Source of the DNA: Promethearchaeota archaeon
GTDB lineage: Archaea > Asgardarchaeota > Heimdallarchaeia > Hodarchaeales > Hodarchaeaceae
Direction of reading: 5' to 3'
NCBI GenBank assembly: GCA_048938105.1
Contig: JBHLMN010000014.1
Span: 1-64,000, forward strand
Length of the DNA stretch: 64,000 nucleotides
The notes below the pieces were generated by a model. The model worked only from the letters and a program-made list of their open reading frames with translations. It made no database searches and was not told the origin of the DNA. The position numbers and the translations under genes are program-made. Positions 1 to 10,624 of this stretch are shown in pieces (positions within the stretch are counted from its first letter, which is position 1; every line of letters starts with the position of its first letter).

Positions 1-1447
1 CATTGACCAGGAACCCTAGTGCTTTCGGCGGTATGGATTCTCACCACACTTTGCTGCTTACTACTACCGGGATTTTCGGTATTGGTCGGTCCAGTGGACG
101 TTTCCGCCCACCTTCTGTCCAGCCAACACGCCTGCATACCAAATTACGTCTCGTGTACGTATTCTGGGGTATCGGAAGTGGGTTTAGCCCCGTCCATTTT
201 CAGCGCCTCGGAACTCAGCGAGTGAGCTGTTACGCACTCCTTAGAGGGTGGTTGCTTCTAGTCCTACCTTCTCGGTGTCTCAGTCCCGAGACTGCCTTCT
301 GTTTGACACTTAACCCACATTTAGGGCCCTTAACCCCAGTCTGCGTTGTTCCGCTTTCGGTCGTGAGGCTTACCCCCACGTACCCGTCTGCCGGAGTCTA
401 CGAGGTTACCGCATTCGAAGTTTGAAAGAGGCCCAGAGATTTTACTCTCCGGGTGACTCAATCCGGGCTCTACCACGGCAACTCTCTCGTCCGACGCTGG
501 ACTGTGGTCCACTTCTGCAGGAACCAGCTATCACGGGTTTAGATTGGTCTTTTGCCCCTTCACCCAGGTCATGGGAGCCAGTTGCACTTGAGCATCCGTT
601 CGCTCCTCCACGAGAGTTTCCCCTCGCTTCAAGCTGCCCAGGCGAAGATCAACCCGTTTCTGGTCTTGCCCCTGTGACTCCGCGCCTTTTCAGACGCCGC
701 ACCTCGCCTTACGGTTGTGTGCTTGTCGCTTTCGCTTTGACTTCGTGGATGATCCACTTAATCTTGCCACAGAGGTAAACTCCCCGGCCCGTGTTTCGAG
801 ACGGACAGCGTGACCCCGATCCACTCCAATCGGTCCTGTCGTTACCGACGTTCTCTTCTTGGAGTCTCGACTCTTTCGGGCCACACACGTCTGTAACCAT
901 GCAATTTCAGGTACTTTTCACTTCCCTTACGGGATACTTTTCAACTTTCACTCACGTTACTAGTGCGCTATCGGTCACGGGGTGTATTTAGAGTTGGCAG
1001 TTAGTGCCTGCCGTCTTCACGCGAAATATCCAATCCACGCTACTCGGGAGTCCCCTACGGCTGAAATACTTGCATCTACGGGGCTATCACCCTCTATGGC
1101 GCAGCTTTCCAGGGGTCTTCGACTTCATATTTCAGTCGATGTTGGGGGTCCGCACTCCACATTTCCGTGCCTTCGCAGGCAGGATTCGGTTTGCTCTGTT
1201 CCCTTTTCACTCGCCGTTACTCAGGGAATCGCGGTTGCTTTCTCTTCCTCCGCCTACTAAGATGTTTCAGTTCGGCGGGTTTCCTTACCTTTCGGTATGG
1301 CACCGCTTATTGGGCGATGTCAGGAAGTCCTATTCGGAGATCCGCGGGTCTAAGCATACTTGCGGCTCACCGCGGCTTATCGCAGCTTGTCACGTCCTTC
1401 ATCGGCACCCGTGCCTAGTCATCCATTGCATGGCGTAGTGGCAGTCT
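1..1447 (-). rRNA. rrl: 23S rRNA, 5' half (continues beyond the left edge)
   Basis: Minus strand begins ...ACTACGCCATGCAATGGATG...GATGAAGGACGTGACAAGCTGCGATAAGCC and contains GAACTGAAACATCTTAGTA and AGTAACGGCGAGTGAA. The 5' end is approximate (+/-5 nt). Confidence 0.97.
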
Positions 1448-1570
1448 GGTGTACTTTTGAGCGGTCCTATTTCGTCTAGCTTAAGGATCACTTCAATTTT
1501 ACGATGTTGATTTTCTTTTATGATATTCTCGTCCACAGCTTGACTCGTATGAGGGTCTTTCTGGGTGGTC

Positions 1571-1599
1571 TTCTCTTATCTTTATCAGGGGGGGTTCCA
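1571..1599 (-). other. 3' arm of the pre-16S processing stem with BHB motif (in the ITS)
   Basis: Minus strand TGGAACCCCC-CCTG-ATA-AAGA-T-AAGAGAA pairs with the leader arm at 3977-4004, giving a 4-bp central helix and two 3-nt bulges. Confidence 0.85.
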
Positions 1600-1692
1600 T
1601 GATCTTGGGTTCTTCTGTCCTTATGTTTATTACCCGTAGGTAATGTTTCGGGTCCGAAGTCTTGGTTGATTTCAGACCCAGCTGGATTTCTA

Positions 1693-1745
<53 letters not shown>

Positions 1746-2438
1746 GCCTGCTCAACGAACCGACCATCGAGTACGGTATGACTCCGTAGTCTCTGGCAGG
1801 CCCGTCTCGCGTGCTGCGACGGGCGGTGTGTGCAAGGCCCAGGGACGTATTCAGCGCGCGCTGCTGACACGCGCTTACTAGAAATTCCAAGTTCATGAGG
1901 GCGAGTTGCAGCCCTCAATCCCAACTGAGACGAGCTTTGGAGATTACCGTCACCTTTCGGTGTTGGAACCCTCTGTACTCGCCATTGTAGCCCGCGTGTA
2001 GCCCTGGGCATATCGGGGCATACTGACCTACCGTTGGCCCTTCCTTCCTCTCACTTTTTCGCGAGCAGTCCCGCTAATGTCCCCGACGACCCGGGGGTCT
2101 CGCTGGCAATTAGCGGTAGGGATCTCGTTCGTTGCCTGACTTAACAGGACACCTCACGGCACGAACTGACGATGGCCATGCACCTCCAGTAACACGTCAA
2201 GCAGTGTCTTCAGCAGGACAATCATTCATGTTACGGCCCAGGTGAGCTTCCCGGAGTTGAGTCCAATTAAACCGCAGGCTCCACTTCTTGTAGTAGGCCC
2301 CCGCCAATTCCTTTAAGTTTCATTCTTGCGAACGTACTTCCCAGGCGGCGCACTTAACGCTTTCGCTTCGGCACTAGACAACGTCTTGCATTGCCTAACA
2401 CTTAGTGCGCATCGTTTACGGCATAGGACTACCCGGGT

Positions 2439-3189
2439 TTTTAGCGAGGTGTTAAAAATAGGCTTTTACACGTTTTAATTTTGCTGGATGAAGTATAGGA
2501 ACAGTTTTGATGAATTTAATGGCATCATCTTTTCCATAAATATAGATTTCATAATTTTTTTGCCACTTTTCTCGTTTTCGTATGCGTGTACTGTAGTTAA
2601 TAGATTTTTGGTCAAAAAATTCTTGGATATATGACCAAATTGGTTTAGAGGTGATGGCAAAATCGATTTCAATTTGTCTTTTCTTTAGGCTGCCTTCTGA
2701 ATCGTATAGGCCTGCAATATAATAAGCTTGATGATTTGTAGGGAAATTTGTAAGGTAAGATGGTAGTTTTTTCAGCGAACATCTTACCGATCCAGCTGTA
2801 AATTCTAAGACTTCTATCAGGTATCGAAAGATGATACTTGATTTTACATGACTATAATATGAGGAACGGTTTGAATCATGATAAAGATTTAAGGGGAGAT
2901 TGAATAATCGTTTAAATAGTGGTTGAAGAACATTTTGATGGTATTCGATATTTTTATCTGTGATTAGTATTCGATTTGATGAGAGATTACCGTCTCCATG
3001 CATTATCCCTATGAATCTGCATAAATCCTTATTGATTTTATGTGGTAATTTGACTCTATATCGGGATCCTTTACAATAATAAAAAGAGTCAATAGTTTTG
3101 ATATCTTGATGACTTTGTAAGAATTCTTTAAGATTCAACAATGTTACCGCTCAATTTTTTCGTGTCATGTTTGTTTATTAACACCCCGT
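2439..3189 (-). mobile_element. Archaeal BHB-type 16S rRNA intron (751 nt), inserted after about E. coli position 793
   Basis: Central helix TTAG/CTAA, bulges ATA and AAA, 11-bp terminal stem CGGGGTGTTAA/TTAACACCTCG. Cutting after the second nucleotide of each bulge restores GGATTAGATACCCGGGTAGTCC exactly. AT-rich relative to the exons. Confidence 0.96.
2452..3141 (-). CDS. Intron-encoded double-motif LAGLIDADG homing endonuclease
   Basis: Motifs FIGIMHGDG and YIAGLYDSEG about 95 aa apart. TTG start. The stop codon lies inside the intron terminal stem. Confidence 0.93.
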   Translation of the reverse strand: MLNLKEFLQSHQDIKTIDSFYYCKGSRYRVKLPHKINKDLCRFIGIMHGDGNLSSNRILITDKNIEYHQNVLQPLFKRLFNLPLNLYHDSNRSSYYSHVKSSIIFRYLIEVLEFTAGSVRCSLKKLPSYLTNFPTNHQAYYIAGLYDSEGSLKKRQIEIDFAITSKPIWSYIQEFFDQKSINYSTRIRKREKWQKNYEIYIYGKDDAIKFIKTVPILHPAKLKRVKAYF

Positions 3190-3976
3190 ATCTAATCCGG
3201 CTCGCGACCCTAGCTTTCGTGCCTCACAGTCGGACCCGTTCCAGTGCAACGCCTTCGCCACCGGTGGTCTGCATTGGATTATCGGATTTCACCCCTACCC
3301 AATGCATACCTTGCACCTATCCCGGTCCCAAGACGCGCAGTATCCCCCGCCCGCGCTAGGCTTAAGACCCAGCATTTCACGGGGGACTTACACTGTCCTG
3401 CTACGCACACTTTAAGCCAAATAAACACGCCCACCACTCTAAGAGCTGGTTTTACCGCGGCGGCTGGCACCAGTCTTGCCCTCTCATTATTCGCCAAGCT
3501 ATGTACACTTGGCAAAAGGCGTCCGTTGGGACACCACTCGGATTAGCCGGCTCACGCTTTCGCGCATTGGCCAGTTTTCGCGCCTGCTGCACCCCATAGG
3601 GCCTGGCCCGTTGTCTCAGTGGCCATCTCCGGGCTACCACTCTCATGGCCCGTACCGATCGTCGCCTTGGTGGTCCCTGACACCACCAACAAGCATAATC
3701 GGACGCAGACTCATCCTCAGGCGCCGTGGCTTTGAGTGCGAAGCCATTCCAGTAAATCGCACCTATAGGGAATTATACCCAGTTTCCCGGGGGTATGCCC
3801 TACCTGAGGGTAGATTATCTACGCGTTACAGAGCAGTTCGCCAGGCGAACGAGTCGCCTCGACTTGCATGACTTAGTCCCAATCCGATAGCAGTGGGCTC
3901 CGTCAGGATCGAACGGAATTACACGGAAGTTTTTGTTCCTTTTTTTGAATGAAATGGAATTTAATTAAACGGAGGT

Positions 3977-4004
3977 TGGAACCCTCGTTCCTGAAGAAAG
4001 AGAA
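3977..4004 (-). other. 5' arm of the pre-16S processing stem with BHB motif
   Basis: Minus strand TTCTCTT-TCTT-CAGG-AAC-GAGGGTTCCA, complementary to 1571-1599. Confidence 0.85.
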
Positions 4005-4119
4005 TGTGTTGTTGAGGGTTCAGAAAGAAGTTCAGTTGGAGTCTTGATATTTTATAATATCTGCTGTGGAATTGACATATCCATATTGTTCGAGCATTTC
4101 GATCTGATGTCTGTACGCT

Positions 4120-4412
4120 GTTTAGACGGCGGTCGAGAGTTTGATCTTAAAAGAGGATTCCTGTTGCCAGGACGACCTTACCCTTGCGTAGCCTGGCTTT
4201 CGCCGTGCTACCCAATTGATTTATTCACAGTTCAAATTGGGGGCGCCAGCTTCGCTTTACCCACGTTTTAGGGATTACGTTTCCTAACCGCTGGCTGGTT
4301 GTGAGGGGTGTGGTTTCCCACAAAAGACCTACACCATCCGCGATCTCACCTTAGCGTTGGTGTTGTTCTGAACCTGTGTTTCAGACACAGTTATCATTAT
4401 GTGAGATTGTGC
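4120..4412 (-). ncRNA. Highly structured RNA region, probably the 5' external transcribed spacer of the rRNA operon
   Basis: Locally GC-rich. GNRA-capped hairpins TGTGG-GAAA-CCACA, GGC-GAAA-GCC and TCCTG-GCAA-CAGGA, plus helices GCCAGC/GCTGGC, CCCAATT/AATTGGG and ATCTCAC/GTGAGAT. Confidence 0.6.
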
Positions 4413-4436
4413 CTAAGGGGGCTAGGGCCTTTCACC

Positions 4437-4455
4437 TATTTAAGCCTTACTTCTC
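4437..4455 (-). promoter_or_regulatory. Putative rRNA operon promoter (BRE/TATA)
   Basis: Minus strand CGAGAAGTAAGGC-TTAAATA, about 25-30 nt upstream of the structured leader. Confidence 0.55.
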
Positions 4456-5032
4456 GACTTACTTTGCTAGAGGGAATATTTTCCCTGTGGTCGTTATTCG
4501 TGTTATACTGGAAGGATTACCCTTCATTCACAGCCTTTTTAGGCAATCATTGCGAATTTTCTTCCTCTTTTTAAAGATTCAGCTTTTCAAAAAGCAACCT
4601 CGGAGTTTTTCTCTAGTGGGATTGTGATTCTTTTATATTTCCCTGTTTCTTTGATCCTGCTTTTTTCTTATCCGTTTTCGTCAATTATTTCTGTGATATA
4701 ATCTTAGAATGTTGTAAAGAAAAAAGCAATGATTTTTGATGATGTATAACGTTGGAGTGAAAGAATTTTCATAGGAATCTTCCGTGATATCATTTAATTG
4801 TCTTCATTGACATGATCAAGACTATTAATCTCGCAATGTGCATAGTTAACTATGTATAACACTCAGTCATTTCTTCAGGGGAAGGTGTTCTTATTTACCA
4901 ATATGTGCAAAAGTATAAATAGAGATATGACCGCCTATAATTCTATGAATTTCGTCTCCAGAAACTTCAAAGTTGATTCAAGGGAATTGAAGTTAAAATT
5001 TAAGAATTAAAACATTTTAAGGACTGGTTGAG

Positions 5033-6037
5033 TTGATTGAAGGAAATGGAGTGAAGAAAAATCAACCTTTAAGCCCTTGGAATTCCTATCCATGGTTTTT
5101 GGTGATTTCCTTTTTAGTTCTTTTTCTGTATTTTTTCATTCTTATTTTTTTATTGCTGTCATTCACTCTATTCAGGAACCTTTATCTCGGATCCTCAGAA
5201 ATCCAGTTTTTTCTTACTTTTATCGGTAGTTTGGTCGCTAGTTTCTTGGCGTGGCTTATTTTCTATAAAGACTTATCTAAGCCTCATTTTAATAATGAAC
5301 TCACTTCTTTCTGGCGAGCTCTTTTTCCAGAAGAAGAAATCCAGAGGGATTTCAATAAAGATCCCTGTGGTTCAATTATAGCTTATCCCTTAGTATTCAT
5401 ATTTATTCTCATAACTCTTCCAGCATATTATATTATCTTAAATGCGCCTTTTAAAGCACCTGATACCAAAATTGCCCCTCCAACAGAACCAGCTGTTACA
5501 AAAACTTTGGCACCACCAAATGCAGCAATAATAGCTCCCCCTGAACTTGTGGATCAGGAGAAGCGAAAATTATTTTCTTCCGTTGCTTATCAAGTCCAAG
5601 ATGTGATTTTTGAGCAGAGTACTACTGGGCTTCTTGTGCGTCTCATTCCCTATTTAGGGTCTATTAGTGAAATCACTGTAGAATTTCCCCAGAATCGAAT
5701 CGTCATGAATGGATGTCTTAAACATCAAGACCTATCAAATGTCTCTTTTGAGTTGAAAATTGAAGAAAAGCAAAAACAATATTCTGGTGATCCCTGGCAG
5801 CACATTACTCTTGTTGGGGAAGAGATGATCATCAAAGAAATCAAACTCCGTAGTGAGATAGCTGAACGACTGCTTTCTCTCAGTCCAATCCATGTTCTTG
5901 TCGATTCACCAAATCAGGGAGATATCTGTATCCAGCTAACTTGTAATGAGACTGATGAAGCGATTAAACGGGCTTATCTCTTAATTATTGATCTCCAGTC
6001 TTTCTTTGAAAGTAAAACTAACAGCTATTCTTTTTAA
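5033..6037 (+). CDS. Hypothetical membrane protein (3 N-terminal TM helices, Pro-rich linker, soluble C-terminal domain)
   Basis: Three hydrophobic segments and a linker with repeated xAPP. Confidence 0.7.
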   Translation: MIEGNGVKKNQPLSPWNSYPWFLVISFLVLFLYFFILIFLLLSFTLFRNLYLGSSEIQFFLTFIGSLVASFLAWLIFYKDLSKPHFNNELTSFWRALFPEEEIQRDFNKDPCGSIIAYPLVFIFILITLPAYYIILNAPFKAPDTKIAPPTEPAVTKTLAPPNAAIIAPPELVDQEKRKLFSSVAYQVQDVIFEQSTTGLLVRLIPYLGSISEITVEFPQNRIVMNGCLKHQDLSNVSFELKIEEKQKQYSGDPWQHITLVGEEMIIKEIKLRSEIAERLLSLSPIHVLVDSPNQGDICIQLTCNETDEAIKRAYLLIIDLQSFFESKTNSYSF

Positions 6038-6259
6038 AGATTCAGTTCAAGAAAAAGTGTTTCTTTCTTCTTTTTGCTTTTCCCTTTTATGTCAAAATTT
6101 TAGACTTTATAAGGAAAAACTGGCATTGATTTAAAAGTTCGGAATGGATTACGTGGAGAATTCTGGTCGTATCGTAAATCTATCAAAAATATTTTTTTGA
6201 TAATATTGGGTGATTGCTATAATTAAAGATTTTTATCTAAAAATAAACAGTAGGCTTAA

Positions 6260-6658
6260 GTGTGGAGTGAAATGATAAGATATGAGAAAATTGACGTAAA
6301 TTTACATGTTAGATCATTAGAAAAAACATTTGAATGGTACAAAGAGGTATTAAATTGGGAATCTGGTTGTGATCTAAAAAACGAGAATAATGAATGTGTA
6401 TTTGGTGATGTTCATTTTTCAGATAGTGACGAATTTCTGGGTTTTAATTTAGTTAGATCAGATGATGAAGAAATTGTACCTATTGGTTTTCATTTATTAA
6501 TAAAAGTCCCCTCTGAAAAGTTGCTTAATGAGCTTTATAATCAACTAAAGAGTAAGAAGATTGAAATCGTTTCTAAATTAGTTATTCAGTCATGGGGTAA
6601 AAATTTCAAGATAAAGGATTGTAATGGTTTCATTCTAGAATTCTGGTGTGAAATCTAG
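6260..6658 (+). CDS. VOC/glyoxalase/bleomycin-resistance family protein
   Basis: LHVRSLEKTFEWYKEVLNW ... WGKNFKIKDCNGFILEF pattern. Confidence 0.85.
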   Translation: MWSEMIRYEKIDVNLHVRSLEKTFEWYKEVLNWESGCDLKNENNECVFGDVHFSDSDEFLGFNLVRSDDEEIVPIGFHLLIKVPSEKLLNELYNQLKSKKIEIVSKLVIQSWGKNFKIKDCNGFILEFWCEI

Positions 6659-6790
6659 TTTATATGATAGACTTACTTATTATCAATACTTTGGACTTTA
6701 TAAGCATAAAATGTTTGTTATTCTGGGATATGTTTTTAGTTCAGGTCTTCTCTTCAGAATGAATGAGCTATTGGTATCTAGGTATTAGTT

Positions 6791-7645
6791 ATGGAGAATA
6801 CCAATCATTTGATTTCTAGTTTCGTTAAAAGTTTAGAAACTCATCCGAATGGTACAGAACTTATTGCTATTATCGAAGACATCTTAGCTGACGATTCTGC
6901 TGTTGTTTCGTCCACTGTTATTTCTTCTTTAATGCACCTTAGTAATAACAATGTATCCTTGTTGGTTGATTTTTGGATTTTACGAGGCTCTATTTTGTGT
7001 GAAGAGGGGCGAGATCACGATGCGTTTCGGGTCTTTATTGAGGCAAATCAATGGAAACCGAATGATCCCAGTACTTGGTTGCGGATTGCGGATTTTTTCA
7101 GGAGCCATGATGAACTTCTTAAAGCCGTTTTTTTTCTGATTGAGGCTCGGGAGCGGTTTGAATCCTCCTCTTGTGTCACTAATGAGTTACATCAGCTTAT
7201 GTCACAGCTAGAGGTGGTTCTTGCGTTTCCCCCAGGATATAAACAACCGCTGATAGAAGTGATTGAGGATGATGTAGAATTTCTTAACCTGTCCTCCAAT
7301 GTTAAAGGATCCATTTCAATTCCTCCTGAAGCAACATCCATGTGGGATCTTGCATTAGAATGCTTTGAGGAGGGTATGAAGGGTGACAATTTGATTTATC
7401 TTAATGCATTTATTCATTATGCTCATTCTACAGTACGAGAGATATTGGGTCTTGATGGGAACTTTAAAGCAGGTCTTGACCGTAAAGTTGCCCAATATGG
7501 CCTATTTGATTTCCAACCCTTTCTTAATCGCTTAAACTCTCTCCGAAATGCTGTGATTCATGATAACTATCTTCTCTCTAAAGACGAGGCTCAGAGTATC
7601 CACGATCAAATTACACATTTTCTTTCTTCTATCCAACAACAATAA
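6791..7645 (+). CDS. TPR-containing protein with a C-terminal HEPN-like domain
   Basis: TPR pattern (GRDHDAFRVFIEANQWKPNDPSTWLRIA) and a C-terminal helical domain with RNAVIH (Rx4H). Confidence 0.6.
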   Translation: MENTNHLISSFVKSLETHPNGTELIAIIEDILADDSAVVSSTVISSLMHLSNNNVSLLVDFWILRGSILCEEGRDHDAFRVFIEANQWKPNDPSTWLRIADFFRSHDELLKAVFFLIEARERFESSSCVTNELHQLMSQLEVVLAFPPGYKQPLIEVIEDDVEFLNLSSNVKGSISIPPEATSMWDLALECFEEGMKGDNLIYLNAFIHYAHSTVREILGLDGNFKAGLDRKVAQYGLFDFQPFLNRLNSLRNAVIHDNYLLSKDEAQSIHDQITHFLSSIQQQ

Positions 7646-7848
7646 GTAGATCCTTTTCTTAATTTAAGATTTTTACTTTCAATTGTCGTTAAATGTTGGG
7701 TAGGTTAAAGTTTTTATATAAAACGTTATATAATTTTTAATCTAACATTGGATAAGACTAGCATTTTATATAAAATGAAACACAGTTTCACACATATCAT
7801 TGGGTAAGTTCTTCAATTGAATGACTAACTAGTTTTTGGATAGGAATC

Positions 7849-9879
7849 TTGGGTGAAATATCAATCATGGATATTTCAGAAATTCAAAACCTGATGCAAC
7901 AAGGGGACTACAATCGTGCTCTCGAAGCAGTAGATGAGTTAAATGAAGAAGAATTATTAGATGGAATGATCCTTAAAAGCAGAATCTTAGAAATAAAAGG
8001 AGAACTGAAAGAAGCACTTAGAGTAACAAAACAAGCAATCAGAGAAAGTCAAATCAAGGGAACGAAGCTCCAGGCACTGGGAGCAATCATAAGTCTTGGT
8101 TACTGCCACGTTGCCTTTCGAAATACAGCTGAATTAAGTGAGGTCATCAAGAAAGGAGAGCAATTCCTTCTAGGCATTGGAAATGAATCACAACACGAGA
8201 AGAAAAAATATCAAGGCTCTCTACATTATCTAAATGGCTTCTTAAACTTTTTGAAAGGTGATCTGAGACAATCATTGGATTGTCTCCAGAAAAGCTTGGC
8301 ATTAAGAGGGGGGGTTGGAAATACACCAGAACTAGCTGAAACTTATGTTGCGATTGGTTGGGTTCATATTAATTTATCAGGAAAATTTGACCTTGCATTA
8401 GAGTATTTTCAGCGAAGTTTAGCCATTGGAGAAGAGCTAGGGAATAACATGACCATTGCTCATTCACTAAGTAGGATTGGAGCGTATTATTGGTCTATAA
8501 ATAATCAAGATGCTGCAATTTCTTACAGTGAGAAAAGCCTCGCCCTCTATCAGGAGTTAGATAACAAATATTGGATAAAAACTCAATTGCATAATATCGC
8601 AGCATCTTCTAGAGAAAAAGAGGAGTATAGTCTTGCGTTAGATTATTTACAGCGGGCCCTAGATTTTAGCGATGAGCTTGGTCATAAATTTGATGTTGCA
8701 TTGACTTACAGTAATATTGGTTGGCTTCATTTTCAAAGAGGAGAGTTGGATCTTGCATTAGACTTTTTACAAAGAAGTTTACGATTATTTAAAGATCTGG
8801 GACAACGAGGATACATAGCTTTCGAATTAAGATGTATAGGAATGGTTTATTCATTCAAAGGGGATTTAGATTTAGCTCTTGATTATGCCAACAAAGCACT
8901 AAAAAATTTCAAGGAAGCAGGTAGTGAAATTGGCATTGCTTGGTCTAAATTATTGATTTCTAGAGCGTATAATTTTAAAGGGGAGACTAACCTTGCCCTA
9001 GACACTGTGAATGAAAGTTTGGAATTTTATACAAAATTAAATAATAACGAAGGCATTGCTATGTGTCTTCAACAAAAAGGTATTATTTACAAACTTCTTG
9101 GGGACTTTGACCTCGCTATTAAATTTTTAGAGGAAGGATGGGAATTATATAAGCAAACTTTGATTGGAGGAAGTTTAGCACCTTGGGGTTCCTTCTTTCT
9201 CTTCCATTTAATCCTTGTTACTCAAGAGCTAAAGGACCTTGTTAAAGCAAAAGATTATCTCAGTGAAATGCACGAAATCACTCAAAATAGCAAGAGTAGA
9301 TTAGTACAATTACGAGTTCGGTTTGCAGAAGCCATTGTTTTTAAAATGAGTAAACGAATTGCATTGAAATTTCAAGCCCAACAAAAATTTCAAACTATTG
9401 TTGATGAAGAAATCATAGAGTATAATATTACTATTTTAGCGATGTGGAACCTTTGTGAATTGCTTATTTTGGAAATAAAAATTTCGGAAGCCGAAGAAGA
9501 TCTTTTTCAAGAAGTAAGCAAGCTATCTGCCATGCTTTACGACATTGCCCAATCTCAGAATTCGTCGTTGGTTATTGCAATGGTTCTTATCTTGAAAACA
9601 AAATTATCATTAGTTGAAGGGAAGGTTGAAGAGGCAAGTAGTCTTTTGAGTACTGCCAAAAGAATTGCTGAGGAGAAAAAATTACATTATCTGCTTCCAA
9701 AAGTGAAATATGAACAAGAAACGATCCAATCCGAATTAGACAAGTGGGAAGAGTTATTCGAGCGAAAAGCGTCGATTCAAGAACGATTAAAACAAGCACA
9801 AGTGGAAAACTATATTGTTGAAGCAAAAAGAATACAGGAAGCGTGGGTACGTCCTTCAGCTGATACACTCAAGCAATAA
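7849..9879 (+). CDS. Tetratricopeptide repeat protein
   Basis: About 9 tandem repeats of about 40 aa of the type G-LDLAL-YFQRSL-I-EELG. Likely start at the internal ATG (MDISEIQ). Confidence 0.92.
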   Translation: MGEISIMDISEIQNLMQQGDYNRALEAVDELNEEELLDGMILKSRILEIKGELKEALRVTKQAIRESQIKGTKLQALGAIISLGYCHVAFRNTAELSEVIKKGEQFLLGIGNESQHEKKKYQGSLHYLNGFLNFLKGDLRQSLDCLQKSLALRGGVGNTPELAETYVAIGWVHINLSGKFDLALEYFQRSLAIGEELGNNMTIAHSLSRIGAYYWSINNQDAAISYSEKSLALYQELDNKYWIKTQLHNIAASSREKEEYSLALDYLQRALDFSDELGHKFDVALTYSNIGWLHFQRGELDLALDFLQRSLRLFKDLGQRGYIAFELRCIGMVYSFKGDLDLALDYANKALKNFKEAGSEIGIAWSKLLISRAYNFKGETNLALDTVNESLEFYTKLNNNEGIAMCLQQKGIIYKLLGDFDLAIKFLEEGWELYKQTLIGGSLAPWGSFFLFHLILVTQELKDLVKAKDYLSEMHEITQNSKSRLVQLRVRFAEAIVFKMSKRIALKFQAQQKFQTIVDEEIIEYNITILAMWNLCELLILEIKISEAEEDLFQEVSKLSAMLYDIAQSQNSSLVIAMVLILKTKLSLVEGKVEEASSLLSTAKRIAEEKKLHYLLPKVKYEQETIQSELDKWEELFERKASIQERLKQAQVENYIVEAKRIQEAWVRPSADTLKQ

Positions 9880-10313
9880 TCCTCAAATATTCATTTTAAC
9901 ACTCATTTGTTTTTATATAAAAATTGCAACTAGTGTTGGTTAAGTTAAGAAAATTACATGCTATAATATATACCTAAAATTCGTATTCAACTAACCCACT
10001 TATTATTTACCTTCTCCCATCAATATACACCCTCCTACTGACAAGATACAGAATTTGAACATCTTCTGTATTGACGGATATACTTCTGAAGAGTTTTACA
10101 TCCGATTTCCGAAGCTTTAAATTACTACGTTTTCCATGATCCTTTTTTGAATTAATAGTATTAGAAAAAGCATAAACGTCCCTCTGATATCAAAATAAGG
10201 AGAATGTTTGAAGTAAAAAGGTTTAGTATTTTTCTATAACCAAAAGCCTAAATGATTTTTCAAGCTTAGAATTTTGTAACATAAATTAAATAAAAGCTTG
10301 GATTGATTTAAAA

Positions 10314-10511
10314 ATGAGCAAAATAAAATCTATGATGTTGATTATTTTATGCTTGAATGTTATTATCCTTTCTATAAATAATGAAGAATATAAAAGCGTT
10401 TTAGTTGTTTCTGACTCTATATCAGAAGTAGTTCCGCAAACCCAGGTGATAAAGGGTGTTAAAAATGAGGGTAACTTGCACCAACATCATGTATACACCC
10501 TGACCATTTGA
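10314..10511 (+). pseudogene. Short ORF with a signal-peptide-like N terminus, possibly a remnant of a secreted protein gene
   Basis: MSKIK followed by a hydrophobic stretch, then a stop at 65 aa. Confidence 0.3.
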
Positions 10512-10624
10512 AGGGGATCTCATTTTTCTGTCCGTGCTGGGTTATGGGAGAAAACCATATAAGAAGCACTAATAAAACTGGGAAATGCCAATTGTAGATT
10601 AATTACTATCATGAGTTATGATTC

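Noticed and set aside
2439-3189. Group I or group II intron interpretation of the 16S insert
   Set aside because: The ORF fills nearly the whole insert, leaving no room for a ribozyme core, and the junction is a canonical BHB.
4044-4627. Short plus-strand ORFs, or 5S/SRP/RNase P RNA, upstream of 16S
   Set aside because: The ORFs are antisense to the structured leader, and the signature sequences of those RNAs were not found.
4841-4854. Perfect palindrome CATAGTTAACTATG
   Set aside because: Single AT-rich copy with no regulator to assign, so it could be chance.
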